From: Chrysemys picta bellii
Taxonomy: Eukaryota
Direction of reading: 5' to 3'
Assembly (NCBI RefSeq): GCF_011386835.1
Contig: NC_088798.1
Location: 34,534,001 to 34,598,000, forward strand
DNA length: 64,000 nucleotides
The translations under genes and the position numbers were made by a program. How positions within the stretch are numbered: position 1 is the first letter of the stretch; every line of letters begins with the position of its first letter. A model generated the notes under the pieces. That model made no database searches and was not told the DNA's origin. It saw nothing but the letters and a program-made list of their open reading frames with translations. Of this stretch, positions 40,351 to 52,889 are shown piece by piece.

Positions 40351-41833
40351 CGCGTGCTAAGGATTGCTACTGCCAACTAATGTATTTAATCAGCATGTTT
40401 CTGGATAAACATCTCTGTGGATGGGTAAAAAACAGGGAGACGATGTTATGCCGTAAACATTATTAGATAAAAAATAAAATATCCACTAACAGCATTTCAC
40501 TCCAGAGGTGTCTGCAATTTAGCAGTGGATGAAAAGATCCCTCTATGTAGGGGTCAGATTAGCTCCCAGTGAAGTTTTGGGGAGTTTTACCCTTTACTTC
40601 AAAGTGAGCAGGAGCAAATTGTAAACGCCCAGTAGTCCTGCAAGGTGCAGAATACTCCCAATACTCAGCACCCTGCAGGCTCAAGCCCTATGGCCCAACC
40701 TTACAATGAGTCTGGACAGGTACAGTGGTCAACCTGCTATAAGCATTCTGCAGTCTTTGTAGATGAAAGGTGCTATAAAACTGTAAAATAATATTTTTGT
40801 AAAATTCCACCAAAGTCGAACAAATCTTCAGTATTGTTAAATGTAAACATTATAAACACAACAGGCCTGCTCCGTTACCACTCAGTATAAAAATCCAGAA
40901 TAACCTTATTGACTTCAGTGGAAGTACTCCAGATTTAAACCCAGAATTTTGCCCAATTGAACTATATATGATCTAAAGTAGAAGAGGATTCTTCTTTTGT
41001 TGTCTGCAGCTGGTACTTGGGAAGGAAACCTGCCCCATAAGACAAACCTCTAACAAAAATATATTTTAAATAACCAGCTAAATGAATAAACATAAAAGAC
41101 AAATGTAAAAGAAAGTGTCAGCATATCAGGAAACAGAAATGATAAATCAGTTGTTATAAAAACAGAATTCCTGATTATCACAATCAACACTAATCTGTTT
41201 TTCTCATGTGTGGAATAATAAATCCTTCCCTTTATGTGTACACGAGGGAGGGATATAACCCTGTCTGTTATCTGGAATTTGCTGCAGCAAGCTGATATTT
41301 ATCACTGTCTGTTTGTCTCCAATAATATTTAACAAAAGACTTGGAATGATTCCAATGGGCTGCAGCTAGAATGGAGGAAACGCAGTTAATGTTGTTAGAT
41401 GGCTAAACACCTCTTACTGATGCACCAGATCTGGTTACATCAGTACTTGCTTGTTTCCAGTGGCCTATAGCCATGATTTAATCACATTATCCTTTCAGGC
41501 CTATGATGGCCAGCAGAAGAGAGCTTAGTTGCTCATTTACGGTCTGAAGAACAGCAAACTAGGAACGACACTTTACAGATTGAACCAAACCCGGTACAGC
41601 CACTTGAAACATAAATTACAAATACTTTTGCTGAATCTAGATCACACATTGCTCTAACTAGGTAATAATCTATCATCCCTTATCCTCAAGGGTTTGTTTC
41701 TCAGCATTTGAGATCAGAAGACTCCGGAATCATCAGTCTATAAGCAATTCTAATGTGGGCAGTTTGTTGCTTTTACATTTTAGAATCAGGCTTCTTTTTC
41801 TTGGCTTTTCTTTCTTTCTCTGGGTAACCATAA

Positions 41834-44378
41834 CACTGGTCTACAATTTTTGAGAAGTCGTCTGCTTCAGAGATAAAATGTGCTATTTATTGTGTATTTT
41901 GATGTGCTGAATTCAAATATGACAATTAAAACAACTGATTGGCTACTGTTTCTAAGATATTTAAGTTTTTACATTTTATGTCTACGTATATTGTGTAGAT
42001 AGTAGAGTTTTAATCATAAATTGTAAACCTAGGTCTTTTCATGTGTTTATGGTTGCTTTACATGATAATATTTCACCTGTCCTGTTTATGTAACACTTTA
42101 AAAATCAGCAAAAGGGTTACATAAATAAACTTTATTAGGAAACAAAAGGCAAAAAACTATTATGTACATAGTTTAGTCCTATTCAGTGTCTACTCGGCGC
42201 TTCTTGGCTTGTCTCTTGTATTCATTAAATGGAGCATCTCTTGCCACTGTCCAGCAATAGTCTGCAAGCATTGATGGGCTCCATTTGCCCTGATAGCGTT
42301 TCTCCATTGTTGCAATGTCCTGGTGAAATCGCTCACCGTGCTCGTCGCTCACTGCTCCGCAGTTCGGTGGAAAAAAATCTAGATGAGAGTGCAAAAAATG
42401 TATCTTTAGTGACATGTTGCAACCAAAGCTTTTGTATGCCTTGAGGAGGTTTTCCACCAACAACCTGTAGTTGTCTGCTTTGTTGTTTCCGAGAAAATTT
42501 ATTGCCACTAACTGGAAGGCTTTCCATGCCGTCTTTTCCTTGCCACGCAGTGCATGGTCAAATGCATCATCTCGAAGAAGTTCACGAATCTGAGGACCAA
42601 CAAAGAAACCTTCCTTTATCTTAGCTTCACTTAACCTTGGAAATTTTCCATGGAGGTACTTGAAAGCTGCTTGTGTTTTGTCAATGGCCTTGACAAAGTT
42701 CTTCATCAGACCCAGCTTGATGTGTAAGGGTGGTAACAAAATCTTCCTTGATTCAACAAGTGGTGGATGCTGAACACTTTTCCTCCCAGGCTCCAATGAC
42801 TGTTGGAGTGGCCAATCTTTCTTGATGTAGTGGGAATCTCTTGCACGACTATCCCATTTGCAGAGAAAACAGCAGTACTTTGTGTATCCAGTCTGCAGAC
42901 CAAGCAAGAGAGCAACAACCTTCAAATTGCCACAAAGCTGCCACTGATGTTGGTCATAGTTTATGCACCTCAAAAGTTGTTTCATGTTGTCATAGGTTTC
43001 CTTCATATGGACTGCATGACCAACTGGAATTGATGGCAAAACATTACCATTATGCAGTAAAACAGCTTTAAGACTCGTCTTCGATGAATCAATGAACAGT
43101 CTCCACTCATCTGGATCGTGAACGATGTTGAGGGCTGCCGTCACACCATCGATGTTGTTGCAGGCTACAAGATCACCTTCCATGAAGAAGAATGGGACAA
43201 GATCCTTTTGACGGTCACGGAACATGGAAACCCTAACATCACCTGCCAGGAGATTCCACTGCTGTAGTCTGGAGCCCAACAGCTCTGCCTTACTCTTGGG
43301 TAATTCCAAATCCCTGACAAGGTCATTCAGTTCACCTTGTGTTATGAGGTGTGGTTCAGAGGGGGAGGATGGGAAAAAATGTGGGTCCTGTGACATTGAT
43401 GGTTCAGGACCAGAAGTTTCATCCTCTTCCTCTTCCTCGTCTGACTCAAGTGAGAATGATTCTGATGCATCAGGAACCGGCAGTCCTTCTCCGTGGGGTA
43501 CTGGGCATATAGCTGATGGAATGTTTGGATAATGCACAGTCCACTTTTTCTTCTTTGACACACCTTTCCCAACTGGAGGCACCATGCAGAAGTAACAATT
43601 GCTGGTATGATCTGTTGGCTCTCTCCAAATCATTGGCACTGCAAAAGGCATAGATTTCCTTTTCCTGTTCATCCACTGACGAAGATTTGTTACACAAGTG
43701 TTGCAGCATATGTGTGGGGCCCTTGTCCTGATCCCCAATTTTGCAGCCAAAATAAAGGTGATAGGCTTTCTTAACCATAGTGGTTATACTGCGCTTTTGT
43801 GATGCAAAAGTCACTTCACCACAAACATAGCAGAAGTTATCTGCACTGTTCACACAAGTACGAGGCATCTCTGCTCACTTTGGCTAAACAGAAATGTGTC
43901 CCTTTGCAAAATCAAACACTGACAAATAAGAGAGCATGACACTGTATGATTTCTCGAGCTGATATAGGGCAATTTGTTCAGCAGAGTGATGTAAGCTTTG
44001 TTATGATTGCATCATCCATGACTTCTAGGAATAACATGATGCAATTCATATCATGTATGACGCAATACCAGCTTCAGATTGCATCATTCATTGTTTTGCC
44101 TAAAAAGCAAGTATTGTCCAAACCCAGTCATAGATTTATTCATAGATCCAGTCAAAGATGTATTTTAGTCATTTCTGGTTTAAATTGAGATCCCTTCCCT
44201 TTATAACTCACTTATCCTCCGCCATTCCCAAGTCAATGGTCGTATATACTGACCCAATAGCATATCTTGAAAACTAGAGCCAATCAACAATTTTAAGCAT
44301 CATTTTTGTTCTCAGTGACCCAGAATTAGTAAAGTTTGACTACATTTATTTCAGAAGCATTTTGGCTGTAGAGCAGTG
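41834..44378 (-). mobile_element. Full-length Chapaev3-like (CMC/EnSpm group) DNA transposon
   Basis: Termini CACTGGTCTACA / TGTAGAGCAGTG; 3-bp TAA duplication on both sides; single transposase gene. Confidence 0.85.
42179..43868 (-). pseudogene. Chapaev-type transposase with a frameshift near 43722 and a CGD->CGN substitution
   Basis: N-terminal Cys/His finger (FCYVCG..PHICCNTC..NCYFC), FIDSS, LPPLHIKLGLMK and SDEHGERFHQD motifs; split between ORFs 43470-43868 and 42179-43750. Confidence 0.85.
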
Positions 44379-46185
44379 TAATTGAAGGAAACCTAGAGCT
44401 ATAAATTGTAGTTTTGCTATCACCAATGGAATTTTAATTGTGTATGTTTAGTAGGAATTTCCTTCTCTGACCTGTGTATTGTGTTAAAATGGAATTGAAT
44501 TAATTTGCATAATCTCTCCACATTCCACAACATTGGGCATGGACTGTTTCTAATCTAGAAGAACAGCTTAAAACATTTTTATATTCTCTAATATTTTTGT
44601 TTTGACTACTTTTACAAGTTTGAGTTATATTCTTCTATATGCACACATACACAGTACGTCCAGAAGTAGCCCTTATCAGGGGAAATGTTAACTAATTTTG
44701 AAGTGCAACAATAAAATGATTTTTTCTTTTGTCCCAATATAAAAATAGAACATTTCGCCTGGCCAAGACAAGGGACCAAATTCACCGCTGGCTCAAGTGG
44801 ACGCAATTCCATAGACTTCAATGGAGTTGCATCTATTTGCACGGGCAGTGAATTTTGTCCCATAGGTCCTTTTAATCCTTTGCCTTTCTGGTAGGAACCT
44901 CTCTTTCTCAGAAGAGCTATCCTTTGATATTTTTTAAAATAAAGTTTCCATGCTTTGAATTCTACACATACCATGCTAAATTCTGGGGTTGCATAGGGTT
45001 GTAAATCAATGCAGAATACAGCCCCCCTGTCTACTCTAGAGGGAAATATTCAATAATGAAAAAGTCATATTCTTGTAATGCATTCAAAATTTACAAAAAT
45101 TGCATTTATTATTAAAATCTCATTACACCTCAGAGCCAGCTTTGTGATTTCATTAACTGACTAATGTCAGCTAGAAATCAAGATTTTCTTTTTCCTTTGA
45201 GTAGTCTTTAATTATTCCACTAAAGTCTAAATTGTCTATTATATAATTGTCAGCAGATAACAGAGCAGTGTTTCCATAGGCCTTCCTGAGATTGATAGCA
45301 ATGATCTGGCTGAGTATTTGGTTTTGTGAAATCCATTCTCCTCTCAGTATATGTTTCAGTACCCACTGTGAAGTACCAAGCCTCACAGAAATAGTTCAGA
45401 ATATTGCAGTTGATATTAATTTTTCAGGTCTAAAAAAACATTCTATCATGTAATAAGTACTGGAGATAAGAAAAAAACAGCTTTTTCTACCAAACTGTTT
45501 CTGATGATTTCCACAAAGTCTATCCCTCCTCTTCTTTGAGAGAGATAGAAGGCAGGGAGGGGAGGCAGTCTGTGGTGATTACTGCTGTCCCAGCAGCCGT
45601 GGCTTCAGAGCAGATATGCATGAAAAAATCCTTTGGCTAGGCAGGGGAACGTGCTGTGGAGGACAACCATAATCTGGCTTTGTATTCTCCCTGCTGAAGC
45701 TGCAGAGCCCCAACCTGTGAAGGGGGAGCAGCAGGGCCTCTGCCATCTCTAGATGCAGGAAGTAGAGCACTGCTCTTTTCCTTCTACCTGCCACAGGGCT
45801 TTTCAACCTGGGGTTGCTACCCTCCTCAGCACATAATGGAAAGTAGTGTAAGAAAAATCTCATGGTACAAATATGGGAGAGACCCAGGCTTTGCTTTTGG
45901 CTGTTACAGCCCTGATCATGCCAATCTAAATGTTTGCAGAAGCCTGAGCATATTCAGACTGTTCTGAGTGCTGTTGTGAGTAATAAAAGTGCTGCTCCTT
46001 CTCTCCTGACAAACCCATTACTTGTGGAAAATGCCTAGCATGCTTCTGGGCAATGTACAAATAAAACAAATACAGATTCATGCTAAGAAACCAGGCTTTA
46101 CTAATCATGTGCCCCTTAATTTTACCAGGAAGAGAAAAGAAGAGAGGAACCCAGGGAGATTTTGGAGAGATGGGATTGAAACAAA

Positions 46186-46481
46186 GGCCTAGTTTTCACT
46201 TACCGGCTGGTCCGGCAGCACGCCATCGATGTTCTGGGATCGATTTATCGCGTCTGGTTAAGACGCGATACATCGATCCCGGATCGATCCCGGAAGTGCT
46301 CACAGTCGGCGCCGGTACTCCAGCTCGCCGAGAGGAGTACGCAGCGTCGACGGGGGGAGACTTCCGGCCGCGTCTGGACCGCGGTAAGTTCGGACTAAGG
46401 TACTTCGAATTCAGCTACGTTATTAACGTAGCTGAATTTGCGTACCTTAGTCCGAAGTCCGGACTAAGTGGGGACCAGGCC
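46186..46481. mobile_element. Harbinger-type MITE, CpG-rich
   Basis: GGCCTAGTTTTCACTTA / TAAGTGGGGACCAGGCC termini; internal TCGA palindromes. Confidence 0.65.
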
Positions 46482-46544
46482 TCTGTCAAAGCACTGCCAG
46501 ACTGCTGGTGTCTGCTATAAACAGTTCCAGCCATGAGCTCTGCA

Positions 46545-47232
46545 TGCTAAGGGATAAAGGAGTTCAGGAGACCTGGCAATTTCTCAAGGAGACAATATTA
46601 AAGGCACAACTGCCAACTATTGCGATGCAAAGGAAAGAGGGAGAATAGTAAAAGGCCAATATGGCTCCATCAGAAGCTCTTTAATGACCTGGAAATGAAA
46701 ACGGAATCCTACAAAAAGTGGGAATGTGGACAAATGGCTAAGGAGGAGTACAAAAGAATAACACAAGCATGTAAGGACAAAATCAGAAAGACTAAGGCAC
46801 AAAATGAGTTACACCTAGCAAGGGAAATAAGAGGTTCTTTAAATGCATTAATAGTAAGAAAAAGACAAAGGAAAGGGTAGAAAAAGACAAAGGAAAGGGT
46901 AGGTTCTCTTCTTAGCAGGCAAGTAGAACTAATAACTTTTTAGTAAAGACTGAAGCAAAATAGGCAACACCTCAGCCTTCTTGCTGTCACCAGTTAATAG
47001 TGATTAGATACTCAACACACTTAATACTAATAACCAAGGGGAAGCTATTCAAACCAAAATAGGGAAAGAATATGTTAAAGAACATTTAGATAAATTAGAT
47101 ATACTGTATTCAAGTTGGCAGGGCCAAGATGAAATTCATCTTAGAGTATTTAAGAAACTAGCTGAAGCAATCTTGGAACCATTATTAGCAATTATCTTTA
47201 AGAACTTGTGGAGGATAGATGAGGTCCCAGAG
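46545..47232 (+). mobile_element. CR1 ORF2 fragment, degenerate, with a 22-bp tandem duplication near 46857-46900
   Basis: KRPIWLHQKLFNDL..YKKW..EEYK..CKDKIRKTKAQNEL motif. Confidence 0.8.
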
Positions 47233-48991
47233 GGAGATAAATGTCACTGGCAATGTTCATCTCTAGCTTCTTGGAAGACCCTTGTTAAATGCTGCATGTT
47301 GCAATGCTGTACATAGTAGGAGCCTTTTTAAAACATAGCATGAAAGCTTAAAAGCATATGCACGGTATGATGAATTAATTCCTGAGGTATTTCAGTACAA
47401 AAGCACTGAACCCCTAACACCTGTTGTGAGTTTCTTTCATCAAATGAGATGACTTCTTTATTTATAAAGGCATTTGCACATTCTACCGTTACATGCTCTG
47501 TGTTTGCAGTAGGCATGCGATGCTGTTCAGCCTGCAAATAGCAAACAGCAGTCCTGGACGTGCTCCTAAGGCAGTAGAAGCTGCATCCTGGCTTGCGTGT
47601 GGCCGGATCTTCCTTCCTTCCCTTGCTGTGGGGATGCTGAGCTCAGCGCAGCCTGGCTGCAGACAGCACGTGGGGATGGGGGAGGGAGTGATGCACGGGA
47701 CAGGGGATGGCAGCGCTGCCCTGAACCGCATGCAGCCCTCGCGGTAGGATTTCTGAACCCAAGGGAAGGAAGGGGAGGGCAGTGGACATCTCCTGATTGG
47801 CCGGCGCGCCGGGGACCCGAGTTAAAGTGCAGCAGCTCTAGGAAGAGGAGGCGGCGGCGGCTCCGCTCCCTGCCCCAGCAGCCAGAGCCGGGCACAACGT
47901 TCGCAATCAGCACCTAGGATGGGCAGCAGAGTCACTTTCTTTGAGGTGGGTGCCTGGCACCGAGGATCATTCAGGGCAGCGGAGCGGGCGCACGGCTGAC
48001 ATCGTAGCAAACTTGGGTGGGGTTCTAAAGAACGGGCAGTGAAGGACGCGCGGAGCCCTGCGCTGCTGGGAGCAGCCCGATCCCTGGAGCTGCACAGGAG
48101 GGAGGCTGGAGGCTAAAAGTGACCGAGGGGTTTCTGGTGCATTCCTAGCAGTGAGCAGGGTGGGCTGCCGACTAGGCTCCTCCCCGGGGCAGCAGTGTCC
48201 CCATCTCATCTGCAGGGAAGCTAAAGGCTACCAGCAACTCAGCTTACTGGGATTTTCAAAAGCAGTTTTAAGTTGCAGGCTTTTGAAGCAGGGGGCTTTG
48301 ATGTACTTGACTTTCATAAAATGTAAGCACAAGGCCAAACCATCTGTGGCTTTCCCTGAGTGAGTGGGGAGAAGCTAGGCCACAGAGACCCATGGTTCAG
48401 AGCCTGAATCCAAAATGACACTAGACCCCCGAGAGTTGTTGTCTGTCTCATCCACGTATCTCTTCCAAGGCAGCTGTTTTTCTAGTGTCCCTCTCTTCTG
48501 GGGCTGATCACTCCAACTTGGCATTTTTGAGTGGCCAGGTGAAGTGTTCAGGGTCAGATGGCCAGGCACTGGAGAGGAGGAGGATCTCTGTAGCCTGCTG
48601 TGGATAGTTTCACAGGGTTACTTGTGATTTGGGGAGGACTGGGATCAATGGCACTCATCTCTTTTTACAGCCCTTCCTAATCCCTCTGTTATGTTCACTG
48701 TGCCCTGGGTATATATATCCTTGCTGTATGAAAAAACAGAGGGAGATAAATGTCACTGGCAATGTTCATCTCTAGCTTCTTGGAAGACCCTTGTTAAATG
48801 CTGCATGTTGCAATGCTGTACATAGTAGGAGCCTTTTTAAAACATAGCATGAAAGCTTAAAAGCATATGCATGGTATGATGAATTAATTCCTGAGGTATT
48901 TCAGTACAAAAGCACTGAACCCCTAACACCTGTTGTGAGTTTCTTTCATCAAAGGAGATGACTTATTTATTTATAAAGGCATTTGCACATT
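47228..48991 (+). repeat. Near-identical 255-bp direct repeats (47228-47482 and 48737-48991) around a 1.25-kb spacer
   Basis: Direct comparison shows only a few substitutions or indels. Confidence 0.95.
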
Positions 48992-51318
48992 ACAGTCATT
49001 TGCATACAGTGTCTGCTATGCTTTGGGGCATTGCATAAACTATAATAATGGTCACTGATTAATAGAGCTGTATTTTCTGGTTCTAAGGAACAGGTGGGAA
49101 AAGTTGTTTGAAATATTCTTGGCCATTTGTAAATGTCATTGGCTATAGATTTTAATGATGTACTTGATTCTTGCATTAATATGTATCGAATAAAAAAGTA
49201 ATCAAGAAAGATTTTAATACATTCAGCTTTTTCTGTGTGTATACTAAACACAGCATCACAAAAAGGCCTATCTATCTTACCTTTTGGCATAACTCAAATA
49301 ATCTACATTTAATCAGCTACATTAAGCTCTAATGGAGGGAGTGTGTCCATATCAGCTAAGAGAAAGTTCTGAAGACTGGTTCATGTCAAAGCAGGGGGGT
49401 TGGAATTTCAAAATAATACTAATTAGCAGCTATCCTTCTAGATAACTCTTTCATTTTTGTAATCTCTCATTTCAGATTCTCCACCATGAGACTCTCCCAT
49501 ATTAACCTAAAAGTAAATGCAAAAGCCTCTTTAATTAAAACAAACCCCTGTAAAATGCAAAATTATCAATAAAATATCTGCACATTTAAAAATTAACAGG
49601 GCTTTAAACCAAATGTCTAAAAAGCAGCTCCTCCTCTATTTACTCATCGAGTCCTAAGGTCCATGATTCTGTCTTTTACCAAAACTTAGAAAACACTTTA
49701 GGTATCTCTAGCACCTAAACAGGATGAGCTAGATTATCTCTGGTCCTTGCATGGGTGAATAAATTAGAGAAGATGCACAGAGCCTTCCTCCTACGGCCCT
49801 ATCTATCTTACCCTAAGGAATTTTAAGAAGAAATTCCCATTGGTATTACCAATGTTTCTGCTGCATCCATGTTAGCTTCATTAGCCCTAGCATAGACAAG
49901 CACCTGGCAGCTTCTTGCATTTTTAGCACAGTGTCAATTATTCCTCAGTAGCCCAGACTAAAGGGGCCAGACACAACTACAAACTCCGCTAGTTCTCCCT
50001 GAGAAACAATCCACTCTATGCTTCACACTTGCCAGTAGAGTAGAGCTGAGCTGGCTGGCCATGAAGGGGTTGTAGACTCCATCTTCTTAAGGGGTGGTGC
50101 AGTGGCTGCATTCCCTAGGAGATTTGAGAGGCCTTAGACCAGATCATCAAGTCTGTCTGAGATGCACTTCATGCCAGATTCAAGGTGTGGGTGATGGCAC
50201 AACAAAGATGGCTTTGTATTCCTCGGGTCTGAGGGCAGCAGCATACGTTAGGCTGCTCTAACTTACTGACAATAGCCCCACAGGGTCTGTTATCCTGTTG
50301 AGGCTCATCAGAGTGCAAAGTGCTTCTGCCACAGGCCCTGTATATTATTTCATCTTACCACAGAGGACAGTGTAGGTCTGGTATAGCTGGCTTTGTGCGA
50401 GCTGAGGATTCCCCAAGAGGAATCCTCACCTTACCTGTGTGACATGGAGCAGTGCAAAAGGACATATTGGAGGCCGAGGACCTGGCCAATGTATCTCTCT
50501 CAGGCAAAATGCTCCCCAGAGACCTTGCTGGGTTGGTGCAGTTCTGCATTAGGCTGTGCCTAAAACATTATCTGGCCCACTATCAGTTTTGCTGCTAAAT
50601 GTTACTGATGTCAGCAATCTTTTCAGAGGAAGTAAGGAATCCTGAACTCAAGTCTAATTAGGTCAGGAAAAAAAAGAAAAAAATCTAATACTTTAAGAGC
50701 GCCATCCTGAATCCACTGATATCAGTGGGACTTTTGCCAATAACTTCGGTGGGCACAGGGCCTGGCAAATATGTTCTCACCATGTTTGGGGATCATAAAT
50801 AGTCTGTTTTTGGTTCAAGAAGCTTTCTCATTCACCTATAAGCTGACTCTGTAGGTCAAGCAGCCATTTTTTCTATTGGCCAATACTACTGCCAGGAAAC
50901 TCAACAATTTTTTTGTTTCTTAGGCCTGGTCTACACTAGGCGTTTATGTCGAAGTTAGCGCCGTTAAATCGAATTAACCCTGCACCCGTCCACACTGCGA
51001 TGCTATTTAGTTCGACATAGAGGTCTCTTTAATTCGACTTCTGTACTCCTCCCCGACGAGGGGAGTAGCGCTAAATTCGACATGGCCATGTCGAATTAGG
51101 CTAGGTGTGGATGGAAATCGACGCTAATAGCTCCGGGAGCTATCCCACAGTGCACCACTCTGTTGACGCTCTGGACAGCAGTGCGAGCTCGGATGCTCTG
51201 ACCAGCCACACAGGAAAAGCCCCGGGAAAATTTGAATTTGAATTCCTTTTCCTGTCTGGCCAGTTTGAATCTCATTTCCTGTCTGGACATCGTGGCGAGC
51301 ACAGCAGCACTGGCAACG

Positions 51319-51895
51319 ATGCAGAGCTCTCCAGCAGTGATGGCCATGCAGTCTGTGAATAGAAAGAGAGCCCCAGCATGGACTGATCGTGAAGTCTTGG
51401 ATCTCATCGCTGTGTGGGGCGATGAGTCCGTGCTTTCCGAGCTGCGATCCAAAAGAAGGAATGCAAAGATCTACGAGAAGATCTCTAAAGACATGGCAGA
51501 GAGAGGATACAGCCGGGATGCAACGCAGTGCCGCGTGAAAATCAAGGAGCTGAGACAAGGCTACCAGAAGACCAAAGAGGCAAACGGACGCTCCGGATCC
51601 CATCCCCAGACATCCCGTTTCTACGAGGCACTGCATTCCATCCTCGGTGCTGCCGCCACCACTACCCCACCAGTGACCGTGGACTCTGAGGATGGGATAC
51701 TGTCCACGGCCGGTTCCTCAGACATGTTAGGGGACGGGGAAGATGAGGAAGGAGATGAGGAGGGCGAGGCAGTTGGCAGCTCTCACAACGCTGATTTCCC
51801 CGACAGCCAGGATCTCTTCATCACCCTTACAGAGATCCCCTACGAAGCGTCCCCAGCCATTACCCCGGACACAGAATCTGGTGAAGGATCAGCCA
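51319..51895 (+). CDS. Harbinger Myb/SANT-like DNA-binding protein, exon 1
   Basis: WTDREVLDLIAVW...RDATQCRVKIKELRQGY trihelix motif followed by an acidic tract; donor A|GTAAGT at 51895/6 (phase 1). Confidence 0.9.
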
Positions 51896-52102
51896 GTAAG
51901 TGTTGTAAACATCTAAACATTTATTTTTAACAAAACAGGAATATTAACAATTAAAAGAATGGGTTGTTCATGATTAGTGTGCCCTAGGCGCTTAACGGTT
52001 TAGTAAGGGGCAGTGCAAGTTTTGAAAAGAAATCTAGCAATGTCCGGTTTTCAGTGATTGTCCTGCACAAGCCGCTCTACTGTGTATTCCCTGCTACTGC
52101 AG

Positions 52103-52399
52103 CTACAGTAAAATGCGGTCTATATGTGCGGGGATAGAGCAGTAATCCTCCTGGGACATCTCGATGAAGCTCTCCTGGAGGTAACTTGAAAGCCGTTGCA
52201 TGAGGTTCTTGGGGAGAGCGGCCTTATTGGGTCCTCCGAAGTACGACACGTTGCCGCGCCACGAGATTATCAGGTACTCGGGGATCATTGCTCTGCACAG
52301 CAGGGCGGCATACGGCCCTGGTCTTTGGAGGCTTTCCCGGAGCATTCTCTCTTTGTCGCTCTCGGAGATCCTCATCAGGGTGATGTCGGCCATGGTGAC
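52103..52399 (-). CDS. Candidate third Harbinger gene (96-99 aa, BEN-domain-like), nested antisense in the Myb-gene intron
   Basis: Open ORF; Kozak GTCACCATGG; cag acceptor at 52401-52400 with CTAAC branch point at 52428-24; upstream ATG|GTAAGC donor at 52670-52668 joins in frame; AATAAA on - at 51925-51920; BEN-like residue pattern seen by eye only. Confidence 0.5.
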   Translation of the reverse strand, partial: VTMADITLMRISESDKERMLRESLQRPGPYAALLCRAMIPEYLIISWRGNVSYFGGPNKAALPKNLMQRLSSYLQESFIEMSQEDYCSIPAHIDRILL

Positions 52400-52889
52400 C
52401 TGCTTTTAATTAGGTAGGGGAATGTTAGTGTTGGGACTGCTTTCCCGTTCCTTTACAGAACTGTCACCGCTGGTTTGCAGCCACGCGGTGGAGGCGGGAG
52501 AGGGGCAGCCGAAAGGGATCGTTCCCGGGGACAGCCGCGAGGGGGTGGGACAGGGGCAGAGTTCCCGCTTGCCGGATTGCTGGCAGCAGGGACTGACATT
52601 GATTTAAATGTGAAATGAGGCCAGTGGTAATATAAAAGTTTTAAACTGCCACAAGTGTACGGCTTACCATGTCTGCCTGCAACAGAAATTCCGTTGTGCT
52701 GCCTCGCTTCTCAAATGTGCTGTTCAAGACCCCAGGCACAGAATGCGAAGGCCGAGAATTCGACCTTGTGCTGAGTGCGCATGTGAAAGGTGCTGTGCAT
52801 GGTCTTGTTCACAGAGAAAGACTATGTTCTTTGTTCACAACTACATTTATCTTTCAGAGGAATTCACTCCCTTTTTCCCATTTCCACAG

